64,000 bases of DNA from Octopus sinensis (taxonomy: Eukaryota), in NCBI RefSeq assembly GCF_006345805.1, contig NC_042997.1, positions 162,130,001-162,194,000 on the forward strand. The letters are read 5' to 3'. Position numbers and translations under genes: made by a program. Position 1 is the first letter of the stretch. Every line of letters begins with the position of its first letter. Below the pieces are notes generated by a model. The model saw only the letters and a program-made list of their open reading frames with translations, did not search any database and was not told where the DNA came from. Positions 1 to 15,700 of this stretch are shown here, in pieces.

Positions 1-546
1 AATGTTAAAGAGATAATTGACTGGAGTAAAGACATGTAAATAGTGTATGCTTTTAAACTAGTAAAAGTTATTCTGTCAAGGCCGTGACAAAACATTAACA
101 GCTGGCTAAATGTGAGAGGGAGAAATGAAACAGCTTACCAATAGCTGCCAGTGATGGCAGAGAGAAAGAAATTGCATGTTTTCTTTATGTAGCCAGAAAA
201 TGGCTTACTGACTACTACTCATAGATTGACTAAAATAGCAAACAGAACTAAGATGAAACTAAAATCTGCATAAGATTATTAAGGGGTTAAGGAAAACATG
301 TAATGTAAAAAAAGCAATTGTAATATAACAAAAATATACAATTTTTATTTAAATTGTGCAAGATGTATTTTCATTTGAAATCTCATCATCTATGTTTTCT
401 TTTAATTATAAAATAAATGAAATAGCTTTCCTTCAGCTGTCTTTTCCTTCTGTTGCTAAAAATAACTGAAAAAAAATCTATTTGTCTTTTGTTTGGTATA
501 AAAAGGTTTATGTATGCTTTATTATTCAATTATCTTTGTATTTCAG

Positions 547-711
547 TTATGGAATGAGTTGTGTGACCTAATTGCAAAACATCCTGACAAAGTAACTTCT
601 CTAAAAATTGAACCAATTATTCGACAAGGTCTCAAATTATACTCGGATCAAATTGGAGTCCTTTGGAATTCAATGGCTGATTATTACATTCGAGGTGGAC
701 ATTTTGAAAGA
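547..711 (+). CDS. XAB2: XAB2 exon (window exon 1): [11 protein letters not shown]...RGGHFER
   Basis: tttcag acceptor, gtaagc donor, phase 0/0. Confidence 0.93.
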
Positions 712-3700
712 GTAAGCAAAAATATATTTTAATTCCTATCAACAATTTCTTTTCTTTAATAACAGATATTGTTTTTTCTTTAAATGTCAAGGGGGATCCT
801 TAGAAGTAGTAGATAATTTCTGTTACACAGACAACCAAATTAGCAGTGGAGGAAAATGCTCTGAAAGCATACGGCTGGGCAAAGTTGAGAGAGCTATTTC
901 CTCAGAATGAAAGACAGATTGTATGAAGCTATGCTACATAATGGCAAAATGTGGGCTGTGAATGCAGTTCATGCAAAGACTTGATACATATGAAGCCAGC
1001 ATGCTCTGCTGGATGTGCAATGTCAGTGTGCATGTACTACAAAGTGTTAATGTGTTGAGGTAAAATTTGTTTATAAGAGGTATCAGATGTAATGTCTGGG
1101 AGAGAAGACTGTGCTGGTATGGTCATATGATGCATATGGATGAAGGCAGCTGCATAACAAAGTGCTAAACTCTAAATGTGTAGGGAACCTGTGAAGGAAG
1201 ACCTAAGATCATGTGGAATGAAGTGGTGAAAAATGCTTTTCAGTTGTTAAACTTCACAGAGGAGATGACAAAGGACCAAATTGATTAGCAATTTATTGTG
1301 CTTGAGAAGACCCATCCAGCTAAGTAAAATTGAGGCCATAAAGACACCTCTTTTATGTCCATATCCCTGTCAGACCTCTCCCCCCTCAACCCATCATCCT
1401 AACACCTCTCCCTCCTTCCACTTATGTTCTCCTCTTGCTGTAATTCCCTCCCTTCTATCTCACAATTTCCTTCACACACTCACAGTCCTACATGCACTCA
1501 TGTCCTTGTTGAATCTCATCCTCAACATATCCTCCTAACACCACCTCCCACTCATTGTATCCACTTGCTACATTCTCTTTCCCACCTCTCCATCTCCTGC
1601 TTTCCTTTCACAATCTCAAACTCACTCACTCTATCCAACCTTTAGTTCCACTTCATTTACAAACACTTCCTAGTTACTTGAGTGTACTACCCCCATCACA
1701 TCTTCATCATCTCTCTCTCTCTCGCTCCCCCTCCCTCCTTCCCCCTCCCTCTCTCTCTCTCTCTCTATCTATCTGTCTATCTAGTACCCATGTTTCTCCT
1801 CTGCTGCAAAACTCCTGTTTCTGTCCCTGTATTCATACTCTAACCTCTCCTCACCTAGCACAAAGCACCTCTCTCAATACACCCAGCTCAGTTGAGAAGT
1901 CTTGTCCTATCTGCAAGTTATCTGGTAACCTCACTGCTGCTGGTGCTATGTAAATAGAATCCAGTATACCCTGTAAAGTGGTTGGTGTTACAAAGGTCAT
2001 CCAGTAGTAGAGAGTATTGCCAGAGCAGATAGTAGAGCTTAGATAGTTAAAATTTAAAAACTTTGGTAGTTATGGATGTTTAGTTAACTAGGAAATATTC
2101 ACCAACCTGTTCTTTTGATGAAAAATACTTTGAAATATTGTATTTCTACTTATTTATTTATTTAGTTTTAAAGTAAAATATATCATTATCATCATTGTTT
2201 AACGTCCGCTTTCCATGCTGGCATGGGTTAGACAGTTTGACTGGAACTGGTAAATAGGAGAGTTGTGCCAGGGCCCTTTCTTACCCCAACCACTCCAAGA
2301 ATGTAATGGGTGCTTTTTTACATGTCACCAGTGTGGGTGCCATTTACATGACACCAGTAATAGCCATGACTATGATTTCCGGTGTCATGTAAATAGCACC
2401 CATGCTGATGACATGTAAAAAGCACCCGTTACACTCTTGGAGTGGTTGGCATTTGAAAGGACATCCACCTATAGAAACCATGCCAAATCAGACTAGAACT
2501 CAATGCAGCTCACCAATATATAATTGTCATAATTGGCTTATCATCTTTTTTTGTTCTGTTATATTTTTATCTAACGTTTCTATAATGCTGCATTTTAAAT
2601 TTCTTTTCTAACATTTATAAGTGGAAGATCTTTATATGATTTTTACTTAAAAATAAATTCTTTATATCAGGCTCGTGACATCTATGAAGAAGCTATTCAG
2701 ACAGTCGTAACAGTCAGGGATTTTACCCAGGTATTCGATGCATATGCTCAGTTTGAGAAAAATATGGTTAGTGCAAAAATGGAAGCAATGTCTGATTCAG
2801 GAACATCTCAAGAAGGTAACATTGTGTTTATTTATTTATTCAACAACTTATTTATCAACTAAACTGTTATCCCTCTTAATATTTTTAAGACTTGTATTAG
2901 GTAGCAAGCTGGCAGAATCATTAGTACGCCAGGCAAAATGCTTAGAAGCATTTCATGTTTTTATATTCTGAGTTCAAATGCTGCCAGGGTTCCCTTTGTC
3001 TTTCACCCTTTTGGGATCACTAAAATAAATACCAGTTGAACACTGGGGTTGATGTAAATGACTTACTCCCTCCCCTGAAACTGCTGGCTTTGTACCAAAA
3101 TTTGAAACCAATATTTTTAAGACTTGTGAATATTATAATGCTTTTTTGTGTGGAGGAGTTTTGTATTTAGAGATTTATTATCTAAACCAGTGGTTCCCAA
3201 GCCTTTTATTTAAATGAGTTTTCTCACGGACCCTTTTTCAAATGCTTGTCCTTATGTATTTATATATGAAATTTTGAATTTAGTTCACAGATCCCCAGTA
3301 CTACCTTTACAGACCCCAGTTTGGGAACTACTGATCTAAACTTTATAAACAGTCTATATTGTGTTGATAACCAACTGTTAAAGAAATTACTATAATAACT
3401 GTTAGAATACAAATCCAACATGAGTTTCTTGGCTCTCTTAGTAAGAAATTAGAGTTGTGAAAATACTTTTGTTCTCAACAGAAATATGTATTTCCACTGC
3501 TTTATTGGTATTTACTGTAGTAACAGCACCCAACTTTTCTCATCTTTGCTGACAAAACTAAGTGGGATATATGAACTGAACATGTCTTCTTTAAAACATG
3601 TCTTTTTTTAAATATTTTTTGAAAAGCTTCTAAATTTGTTTGTTATCAGAGATTAATTTTCTGTATCTAAATGGAAGCATTTCAAAGTAGAATCATTAAT

Positions 3701-6700
3701 GCATTTTAGAAAAAGTCACCTATGTTTCAAATGTTAACTTGAGTGCACTAAATGCTGGTAGTATGGAAGCTCTAATTAAGAATCATACTCTATCAGTGAC
3801 TCAATATATCAATTATATATGGTCCAAATATCTGTGATTCAGTTTTGGATTTCCAGTCTTTATGTTGAAATGCAAAACATATATGCTTAAAAGAAATATT
3901 CAACAATTTTCAATAAGTTAACATGATTCTGCATCTTGTTCTATTTTAATGGAGAAATTATGATTTTTGTTCTGTGATATTTAACATTTTTGTGAGCATA
4001 TTTCTATCGATATACATATATACTGCCTTTGTTTCAATTAATCTTTAAAATGATGAAGAATTTGGCAAAATAGCTTTGTCATTATTAAGCTGGTGTCTGG
4101 AACATAAATTGGCATGGAATTTTGATGGAAGATTATTATTTAAGTTGCTTTAAAACAATCAGTTTGTGTCATAGAACTAAGAATGGTCTCAGGCAGCACG
4201 GTATCAAAAGGGTTTAGATGATCTCTTCAAAATATTCTGACAATTTATGTATCAGTCTAGCATTCTCTCCTTTTATCTAATTATCAGATGATCTTGATGT
4301 TGAATTACGATTAGCAAGGCTGGAACACTTGATGGATAGGCGTCCTCGTCTCTTGAACAGGTAATGATCATAACCATCTTCATTTCTCTTTTAACTCCTT
4401 TACAACACTATAAAATACAGCAACTTAATTACATGTTTTGAACTTAAATTAACATTATAATGTAAGCATTGGGAAAAATATGTTCCTTTTGAATTAGCAA
4501 ATGTCTATTTATATTACACATAATACAAAGACTACTATAATATTTGAAATAAAAATATGCTTTAACATATCTGTAACTTAATGTCAAAATACATGGTATG
4601 TTTTTAATTTAACTCTTGACTCTGAACTACTTTGGTAAAATGGATCAAATGAATTCACTCTCCCAAATGTTTGCTTAGCGCCTGTTTAATAGTAATGTTT
4701 TCCAGTTATAGATAGACAATTTTCGCATGGTTCATTGAAATGAAATTTGGATTTGCAACCTATAAATCCAGCAAATCTAGTAGTTGTCATCTATCAATAA
4801 TAGAATTCAGTGACAGATTACTTAATTCACCTAGCAGAAATAAATATATAGCATAAAAAAATAAACTGAAAGTTAAATACCTGCCATTGCTAAAAAAAAT
4901 ATTAATTTTATTTGTTGCTTATAGAATGTATATTTTAAGGATATTAAGATCTGATAAACCTAAAATCAAGCAAAAATATCAAATATTTGGAAATAGAGAT
5001 AATAATGCTTTTAATATCATAAATTATAATGTTTGATAAAGCGAAGGAAAAGTGATCTAATAACTATTAAGTCTTATTAAATACTTTATATTTTTAGTGT
5101 ATTACTACGTCAGAATCCACATAATGTCCATGAATGGCACAAAAGAATAAAACTGTTTGAAGGAAAACCTCGAGAGGTATTTCTTTTTGTTTTTTTGGTT
5201 TTCTTTACATTTATATATTCAATATTATAATTTGGTTATGTACCAGAATTAAGATTCTGTAATTATTAACTCCTATTTTACATTCAATTCATGAATAAGT
5301 TTCATCCTCTTAAAAAAAAGAGACATAGGAGATGATAAAATATTCATACCCAATATTAATACTTTCACTAAGATATATTTATGTATGTATATGTATGCAT
5401 GAATGGGAGCCAGTCAGGTGGCACTGACCACAGCTACTTGACTCAACAAGTTTTCTCAATCATATCTTATCACCCAAGTACTCTTAAATGAACCAGACAT
5501 GCAACACTGGCATCAACCATGGCTGATATCTCACTTTAGTTGCCGAGTCTTCTCAGTCATAGCATATCTCCAAAGGTCTCGGTCTCCTGTCATTGCCTCT
5601 ATGAGGCCCAATGTTTGAAGGTCATGCTTCACTACCTCATCCCATGCCTTCCTGGGTCTATCTCTTCCACAGTTAAGGAGTGGCACTTCCTCACACAGCT
5701 GTCTTCATCCATAAGTAACACATGACCATACCAGTGCAGTCATCTCTCTTGCACACTAAATTTGATGCTTCTTATGCCCAACTTTTCTCTCAGGATGCTT
5801 ACACTCTGTCATATATGCACATCCAGCGGATCATACTATCTTCATATACATATGTATATATATTAAATAGCCTCAGGCCGACCAAAGCCTTGTGAGTGAA
5901 TTTTGTACATGGAAACTGAAAGAAGACTGTCATATATATGTGTATATTTGTGTGTGTGTGTGCGCCCCCACCATAGTTTGACAACCAATGTTGCTGTGTT
6001 TACATTCCCATAACTTAGCAGTTCAGTAAAAGACACTGACAGAATAAGTACTAGGCTTACAAAGAATAAATCCTGTGGTTGATTTGTTTGACCAACTGTG
6101 GTGCTCCAGCATGGCTACAGTCACATTACTGAAATAAGTAAAACAATAAAAAAAACTATACATGGCTTTATCAGAGAAGATAGGGCAACAACCATCACCT
6201 TGTTACAGGGCTTCTGACATGAGTTTGAGTAAAGAGAAGAATAAACCACAACTCATGAGTTATCTTCAATCTTGAAAATCTGACTCAAATGCATGCAACA
6301 GAATGGACTCTGTTAAAAGCACCCAAAGCTCGGATTGTTTTTTTAAACCAAGTGACTGATTAAGTCTACCACACTGTTTCCATTTACACAATTTCAAATC
6401 TATTTTAATAAATTGACACTAAGTATAATGAGAAAAAAAATGTTGTAAGAAATATATATTTTTCATTTTGAGTATTTCTTAAATTCTCGTGATTATCTTT
6501 TATTGGTAGGTTATCAACACTTATACAGAAGCTGTCCAGACAGTGGACCCAAAACTAGCCACTGGAAAATTATACACTCTTTGGGTAGAATTTGCTAAAT
6601 TTTATGAAAATGCTCAACAAATTGATGATGTAAGTATCTCTTTCTCATGTTTTTATTAAAGAATATTAAGTTTTTTTTCAAAATCAAAACTTTTAACTTT

Positions 6701-9700
6701 TTTCTTGTAAGAGAAAGAAGTATATTGCTTAATTTCGACTGAGGTTTATTGCTTGCACCTGTTTTGTCTCCAAGGAAATAAATAAATAAAATTAACCATG
6801 TTGAGAATTGAACTTAAAAAATATTTTTAATCTGCTTAAAATCATCATCATCATCAACACGATTATCATCTAACATCCATATTCCAAGTTGGCATGGATT
6901 AGACAGTTTGACTAGATCTAATGTGTCTGAGGACTTCATTGAACACTAGTGTCTGCTTTGGCATGGTTTTTATGGCTGAATGCCCTACCTAACACCAACC
7001 ACTTTCCAGCATGGACTGGGTGCTTTTTTTGTGCCACCTGCATTAATGAGATCACCATGCAGCTTGCAGGACTTTGATCCCTAAGGGAGATGGTAGGGTC
7101 AGTTTCATGCTATAAGACAAGGGGAATTATGGGAGAATGGGACAGAGCAGGTACCTCAGAAGGATCTGCATTGATACTCACACCTACTGGGAGTAATGAG
7201 TGGGCAGAGAAAGAGAGAATGATCAGTAGGGGCTGCAAAACATAGATAATGGTGATAAGTTGACCAGGTGATCCCACAAGGCTCAAGCTGAGTATACGTG
7301 AGTCAGTAGGTGGTTTGCAAGGTTGTATGTGAAGGTGAATGAAGGGTGAGGAGGTAAACTGTCAAAATGAGTAGGGTTGAAGGGTAGATAAAACATGATA
7401 TGAGGTTCTCAAAAAGACACTCCCTCCTTGCAAGCTGAGTTCTGGAAATGCTATACTTTAGGTTCTCCACCCATTACAGTGACTCCCCATCTAGGCAGTG
7501 CTATGCCTGCCTCTTCCCACCACCCCAGCAACTATAATCTTTTTATTATTGCTGCTCATCTCCCCAAAACTCTTCTGTATCCCTCTATCTTCCTCACAGC
7601 CTAATAGTAACAAATACAATGTATTGATAATGTATGTATAACATTCTCGTAAACATTCTTAACTGTAGTGGAATCTCAAGTGAATTTTCTGCCTATTATT
7701 ATGTAAATGGTTTATTTTTAACTGCACTCTTATTGTGCAGCTAAAGATCACTGTCTACAACTGAAGCAAACCATATTCTAGCCTCAATTGAAATGTATTC
7801 ATCCACTACTGTAACACACATACAATCTTCAGGTTCTGTAGTCTCCCTGATTGTTGTCTGGTTCAATGCCAAGAGCATCTCTACTAACTCTTTAGAAATC
7901 TCTTATCGGTTCCTCCCTCACCAAATTGGCTCTAGAAATGCCAATAATGCCGTTATGTTTGCTGCCTAATTTGCTTCAACACTGCATGGAAAATGTAAAG
8001 ATGTTCTCTGAATTCTTCCTTCCAAATATTCTTTGTCTTATCTCACCACCTTGCACATACAGCTGCTGAGTGTGAAATTTTCTCTGGCTATCCTCATTAA
8101 AGGAGACCATCCTAATAATTCGGTAAAGATTTACAGTCTAACACACAACTACTGCCCCACCAATTTGCCTCATCCACTGTCATCTCTTCTGTTGCTACAT
8201 TAGTTCTTGCTCTTCTGACCTAGTAAGTTGTGTATCACCTCCATCAAATTTATACACTGAACTATTCCCAAGATGGTAGAGCAAACATTATGTGGTTCAC
8301 AACTTGTTAGAAGTTGCAGCCAAATTGCCCTCAGATTACACACATTGTAACAAATGAGAAAACAGGCTGGTCAATTTCTGGAATGCCTTTTGCTCAAAGG
8401 TCTGCTAAATAAATCAAAGCTAACATCACTTTCATGTATTTTACCAGTCTGAGATCCTAATTTATCATCCATTTGCAGTTACAAGGTTAGGTGAAATATT
8501 GAAGGCAATAGAATATTTAATATTAATATTTATAGACACCAACATGGCTATGTGGTTAAGAAATTTGCTTTGAACCATGTAATTGGAGTTAGGGTTCTAC
8601 TCCATGAACATTGTCAGTTAATGTTCTATACTATAGTTGTGAATGAAATTTGGAAATTAAAGTGTGTGTGTGTGTGTGTGTATAACAAGTTTTTCTTGCA
8701 CTATTTTTTTCTTCTCTCCAGACCTTTCCTCTTTCTGATGATGAGCCATACTCATAATGTTACACCCCTCATCTTTTTTCCATCTTAAACTGAGAGTCAA
8801 CCTAATACATTGACTGTGTACATCGTATTGGCTTTTGTTGTTCTGCTTTCATTTTTATTTTCAATTTGCCTCTGTGTGTGTGTGTGTGTGCACGTGCGTG
8901 CGTGCATGTTTGTGTGAGTGAGTTCATATTTCCTTCATCTTTACTTGTATTTACTGACTGTAGACAATGAACAGCCTCTCTAGGCAGTGTCATTAGCTTG
9001 CAGTCAACTACAAAAGCACATTCAGCCTTCTTCATATGTCATAATTCATTGTACTTTCATTGCAGACTCATTCAAACACTACCATATGTTTCCAATTCAT
9101 TGCATAACTATATCCAGGTTGTTCATTGTTTGATTGACTGCAGAATTATTACCTTGCTTGGAAACAAGTGACAGATAGTAACAGAAAGAGCATCTAGTCA
9201 TAGAAGATTAGCTTCAATGAATTCCTTCTCACCCATTGCAAGCATGGAAAATTGGATGTTAAAAACAATGATGATGATACTATTAGCATGATTTAGTGAA
9301 TACTGTTTGTTATCTCATTGCTGTAAATTATTCTGTTATTGTGTTATTCTAGGCTAGAATAATCTTCGAGAAAGCTATCAAAGTACCATTCAAACACGTT
9401 GTAGATATTGCCTCAGTTTGGTGTGAATGGGCTGAGTTGGAAATTCGTAATGAGTGAGTAAATCATATTTAAATTACCTTCATCTTATTATCATCATTAT
9501 AATTCACGTGATCACTATTTCTTAATATTGTCATGATATTCTTATCTGAATCAAGAGTGCTAACTGAATTATTCTATTTCATTTCTAGAAATTATGAGAA
9601 TGCTCTAAAATTAATGCAAAGAGTAACTACACCACCTTCACGGAAAATTTCTTATCATGATGAGGTAAGTAAACATCGCTGGTTATTGAATTTGTTAAAG

Positions 9701-12700
9701 ATGGATTGAGAACATCACAACTCAGAGAAACTGCATTTGATACTAGTGAGAAAGAAATCTTTCTTTCAAATGAGATTCTAGCAGACTTCATGAAACTAAA
9801 TAACTAATCCTCTACAAGCCTGTAAGGGATCCTCCTTTTGGCCATTTATCTTACTAGAAATATTAGTCTTGCCTCCATCAGACCACAATTAAATATCTGT
9901 AAAAAAGGATATATTGGATAATGTGGTCTGAAAAGAAAGACATGTTTCTCATTAGATGGACTGTCTTTGATCATTGGTTAGCATAATTCAGGTTGACCTG
10001 GACAAACAACTTCTTTGTGGTTATAGAACTTGCTACGAATAGCAGCTAAATATCCCACATGTCACACCCTGTTACTAAAATGAAAGAGAGAACACACTAG
10101 ATAAAATACTATTGCTTTAATAAAATAAAAAAAACAATAGTCATGATTGGAATGTCTTTCTTTATAGATCAGAGCTGACCTGCATCAAAGCAACAGCAAT
10201 AAAAAAGTAACTTGATTTTAGCACAAAAATATGCATTGTGTAATTAATATTATTATGAATATACCTGAGAAAAGGGATGTAGATAATATTGAGGAATTAA
10301 TGAAACTATGTATATTCTATTATAAATATTACTTTATAAATGAGGTGCAGGGTTAAGAAGCTTGCTTCCCAACCATGTGGTTTGGGGTTCAGTCCCACTA
10401 CATTAACCCTAAACCAACCAAAACCTTGTGAGTGAATATGGTTGATAGAAGCTGAAAGAAGCCTATTGTGTAAATATATTTATATATAAGCATTTCTAAT
10501 ATTTGTTTGTTATGTGCATAAATGGAAGGAAATGGTTGTTAAAAAGTACCATTATTTTAAGAAACATCCAAATGGTAAGTTGGCTTAGAGCATTTATTAA
10601 TTATTGTTAAATTTTCAATTTCTAATGTTCTTCATACCTATTTTATAGACTGAAACAGTCCAAGATCGTGTACACAAATCACTAAAAGTGTGGTCATTTT
10701 ATGCAGATTTGGAAGAGTCATTTGGTACATTTAAGGTATGTTAACATTAATTATTACTTCTCTTTAGAAGTTGGCAAGCTGACAGAATCATTAGCATGTT
10801 AGGCCAAATGCTTTGCAGCAATCCTTCCAGCTTGAAATTCAAAACTCAAATTCCACTGAGGTCATCTTTGCCATTCATCTTTTCAGGGTTGGCTTTGTGC
10901 CAAAATTTGAAACCATTCTTACTTCTTTTTAGGATGATAGATTGGTAGTATCCTTAGACATCAGACTAAATGCCTTGTGATATTCCTTCCTACTCTTTAC
11001 ATTCAGAGTTCAAATCCTACTAAGGTCAGCTTTACCTTCAGGGAAGTATCAGTCAAGTACTTGGGTTTATTTAATTGAATAACCTCCTTCCCTTTAAAAT
11101 TTCAGGCCTTGTGCCTATGTTCGAAGCAATTATTACGTATTTCTCATTTTCAAATTTTTTGTGTCAGTGTGGCTCTGAAAACTTATGTAACAGACTATTT
11201 TCATTTTTCATTATTTGTTCTCTTCTACATTTCATTCCTCTTCCACATTGGCTATCATCTAGAATCTTCCTTGTAATTGAACTTCTGAGAATTTCCAAAT
11301 GATTTTGGTTGCTCATTTAATATGGAATCATATTTTGGTAATTGCTTGAACCAAGGATAAAATTCTCTACTCTCACAGAACTCAAGATTAATATAGTTTA
11401 ATTCATTCTCCCGCCTTTTTGAAAATATTTTATAACAATTTATTGCATTTAAAATCAATAGTATACATACTTTTTAATATACTACATAAACTTCGCTCAT
11501 ATTTTATAAGATAACAGTTTAATATAAGGTGTGCTGAAAAGTTCCTGGCTTTAAGGGTATCTTGAAAAGCCTGGTTGGTGGCTCACCTTTCAAGTTCTTT
11601 TACAGGGCTTTGAAAAACTGAAGGACCACTGCAATAAGTGTGTAAATCTGAGAGGGAAATATTTTGAATAAAATCATAATTAACTGATCCTCCTGTATTT
11701 TCTTTTACCCAAAGCCAGGAACTTTTTGGCATCCCCTCGATTGCAGCTCTAAATATGAATCTTGTGTCAAATGTCATTTTCATTTATTTTCTTTTTAATG
11801 TAATATTTCAGAGTTGCAAAGCTGTTTATGACAGGATTATTGATTTAAGAATTGCTACACCACAGATTATCATCAATTATGGCATGTTTCTTGAAGAGAA
11901 CAACTACTATGAAGAAGCATTTAAAGTAATTTTTTTTTTTCATGTTTTAATTCCTGTTATTGACTGTCTAATTATATATGCACACTAGGGCGATTACTTT
12001 TTTCAAGTCAAGTAAGATCAAAGTACCAGAAGGTGAACTTTATGGTATAATGACAAAAAATCATAATCATTTCTTTCTTTGACTCAAAAAACTCCCCCAC
12101 TGATTACAATATATTTAACAACACTTTTACTACGGGCATGCATATATTGTTCAAGTAATAAGACATACTATTATGCATTGTTAATGTAATAAGTCAAGCT
12201 TAATGCAACAGCAGTTTTCAAAGATCTTTGTTGGTTAAAACAAATCACAGATCCAATTTTTCAGAAGACCTGCAATCTTATTTCTCCATTATTTTTACTG
12301 CACATTCAGCACATAAGTTTGAACACTGAACATCTTGAATTAGTGATTCTTCAAGATTCCTTTCAAACTTTCAAACATTTGCTTGCTTTAGTATATCCAG
12401 AAGCTGCTTCTGAAAGTTTCTGGTAGGCCATGCTGTCAAGCCTTTGATCACAAAACCACATTTCCATCCAGTTTCTGCTGATAAAACAACACATTGTAGA
12501 ATTTTTCTCTACTTTGTGGTAGAAGCATGTATGTGAGGATGGCCAAGATTGCTCGTGAATTCCAACATGCATTGCTAAGTCTAGGAAGTTCTCTAAACTT
12601 AATTTCTGGGAAAATGCTTTGTTGCTGATAAAATCGGAAAGCATGACCAAGTTCATATAAAAACCAAAGTTCATCTTTCCAACCTGAATTATCATCCATT

Positions 12701-15700
12701 TGAAGTTTTGCTTTGCCTTGTTTCCATTCCGCCACTAAAACCTCATAGTTTATCAAATAGTCTATGAACAGATATGATATATTTGGTGATGAAGTTTTTT
12801 CTTTCAGTGTATCATCCATCACATGTTTTAGGAGGCAGTCTAACACATGATGTTGGCAACCAATGTATTGAGGTGCAGGATATCCATGCTTTACAAATTC
12901 GTTCTGATGTTGAATGACCTTTTCAGTATGTGTTTCCTGTATTTACACTACATGTGTTTGTCATGATCATGTTGATTGCTGATCACAATTAGTAATCATC
13001 CAAAACTTCCTTTAGTCCCTGAAAAATGTTATCTACTCAGCCAATCTTCAGTGCTGCTAATCTAATTTCTCTTGTGTTGTTTTTCACTACAACAGCTTGT
13101 CTTACTTTACCCTTCATAACCTTTCCATCAATATGGAGCAGCCACTGGTCATATTTTAAAGTTTCTTTTAGTTCCTGCTTCATCTATGCAGCCTCTCTCA
13201 TAGAGGCTTTGTACACACCTGACTGTGATGAAGTGGGGAGTAGTACTCCTTCCTCTCTCAACTGTTTGCAGATGTTGGCTGCTTTATGACTGCTTAAATT
13301 CTTTTTTTCTTCAGCAAGTTCATTGCTCTCTGAGCTGAGTGATGTTGTTTAGAGATGCCAACTTGTTCGTCTATTGGTAATGTGGTTTCATCTGCAGAAT
13401 CAGATGATGATGATGATGATGTATCTGCAAGAAGTTGGGCACCTATTAGTGACATCAATGCATACAAAAAAATTTGTGTAATATTTGAGAATTTTTTACG
13501 CATGTTACTTTTACCTGCTTCAGCATATGGGAGAAACGCTTGTGAAGTTGAAGCTGACACTCTTGATGAGGAAAGTGTTCACTTTGAAGGGTGAACCATA
13601 GCTAACCAAGATGTGGTGTAGTCAGTTATACTGCCACTTTGAATTTGTGTACTGTAAAAGTCGTTGTCTTCTTTAGATAACCAGCTGCCTTGTTGATTAG
13701 TAATATCAAACAAATCTTCAAAATTTTGACCGGGTTTCAGAAATTTCAAATGGGTATCATACCTTGTCAGCAGAGTATTTACTTTTCTTACAACAGACTT
13801 TAATGTTATACACAGAAAATCAACTCCTTTAAATGTAATAAAATAGTCTGAAGTACTAATGCTGAATGTAATGCGAGTTTGAATAAGACAATGTAAGGGT
13901 GATGCAATTGAAAATAGAAATAGTTGACGGGGGAGATTTTTGAAAGTTTTAAAAAAAGTGAATTGCTAGTCACTGTTTTCTCATTATTTCTCATAGCAAG
14001 TCACCCAGGCCATGTTCAATTTCAGAAAAAATTTAAAAAGTCATTACTCTGATGTCCACACACTTTTATTCATTATTTGGCAAGAAAATTAATCTTGCCA
14101 AATATAATTGTTATTTTTTTGATTTGCTTCATTAGCTTAATGAGGGTGTAATGTTGAAGGTGTTGAGGTGATAGTATATATCTTTTAGTAAGAAAATCTA
14201 TGAATAAATTTTATTAATTGATGGTTATCAGAGTATAAGGCAATTAATAGAGAGACAATATAGCCATGTATTTTGGAAGTATTATCTTTGCTACACCAAC
14301 ATGTTCTTTGGTTCACAGAACAACTCCATGATTTGTAGTAAAAGACTAACAACCAAAGATTAGGTCAGGTGTGGGAGGTATGCAACATTGCTGCATTCAC
14401 CATTTATCAGTATATTCCTGGATCCTCCTGGGTGACCTGCCAAGTTGAGTTCAAGTCATTCCTCATCAATACAGCTAGATCCTCAATGAAGAAAACATGA
14501 CAAGCAGGGTCTAACCCTGAAAATCAAGCAACATGGCCATACAGTCTAAGCTGGCACTCCTAAGTCATACAAGTAACTGGACACGTCACAGTTTCTGAGT
14601 AAAGGATACAAAATCCAACCAATGGTAGTTGGATGCTAAATCTGAGCAATGGTAGCCCATAATCCTGCAAAGCATCTTGGTACCAAAGGAGTTCAAGCAG
14701 CTCCTAAGGGCCCTGGACAGTATCCAAGTCTCAAAACTGTGGAGGGGGTCAGAGAAGACCAGAGACCTAAAGACCCAAACCTTTATCCTCTACTGATATC
14801 AACAGCACTAAACAACCAAAGAATAATGATTATAGTTTGTGTATGTATTTATTATCGCTAAAGTATTTGTTTGTTCAGGTAGCAGAGTTTGACTTTCTAT
14901 TTTATCAATATTATGGAATACTAATTAATATTATAAAAAAATTTTTTAAACTTCAAGCTAAATTTGATATCTTTTAACCCTAATTTTATTTGTGATATTA
15001 AATATATTAAAGATCAAGTATCTTTAAATAATTCTAACTGCTATTGAATAATTCTTATCAGCTCTTATTAGGTATGATGATAATGATGATAATGATGCCT
15101 AATAAGAAGTGATAAGAATTATTCATTAGCAGTTAGAATTATTTTAATGTTTGGGTGTATTACAACTCATTAGAAAAAGGTAAAAGTACAGAAATGACGC
15201 AATGATAGCCAAAAGTGCATAGTAGATAGGATAAAGTACAAGAAGGCAGAAAAGTGAAGAGTGGAAGAACCACAAAGAGGAAAGGGTGCATAGACACTCT
15301 TCCATGCTAGTATGAATTACATTATCTTTCAGAGGCAATGTTTTACAGTTGAGCCCTTTCTGTTGCCAACTCTTTTAGTTGCTCTTTACTACATGCAGTA
15401 ATGCAGTATACCTCTTCTATAATCAGGATACACATGGAAGGATTCTATCATTGAGAAAAATATACAGACTTAACATGTTAACACTTTCATTACCAACCTG
15501 GCTGAAACTGGCTCTGGCTCTGAGTACAAATATCTTGTTTACATAAGTTTTAAATTAAAATCTTCCATCAAACCTTAGTCACAGTTTATGTTCCTAACAT
15601 CAGCTTAATGATTACTAAGTTATTTTATTAACTTCTTTGTTATATTTAAAGTAATTGAAAGAAACACAGAGCATCTCAAATTATGGTTTACTTCTTAAGT

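Noticed and set aside
1281-1953. Overlapping Pro/Ser/His/Leu-rich ORFs
   Set aside because: Low-complexity CT-rich 3' UTR of an old RTE copy.
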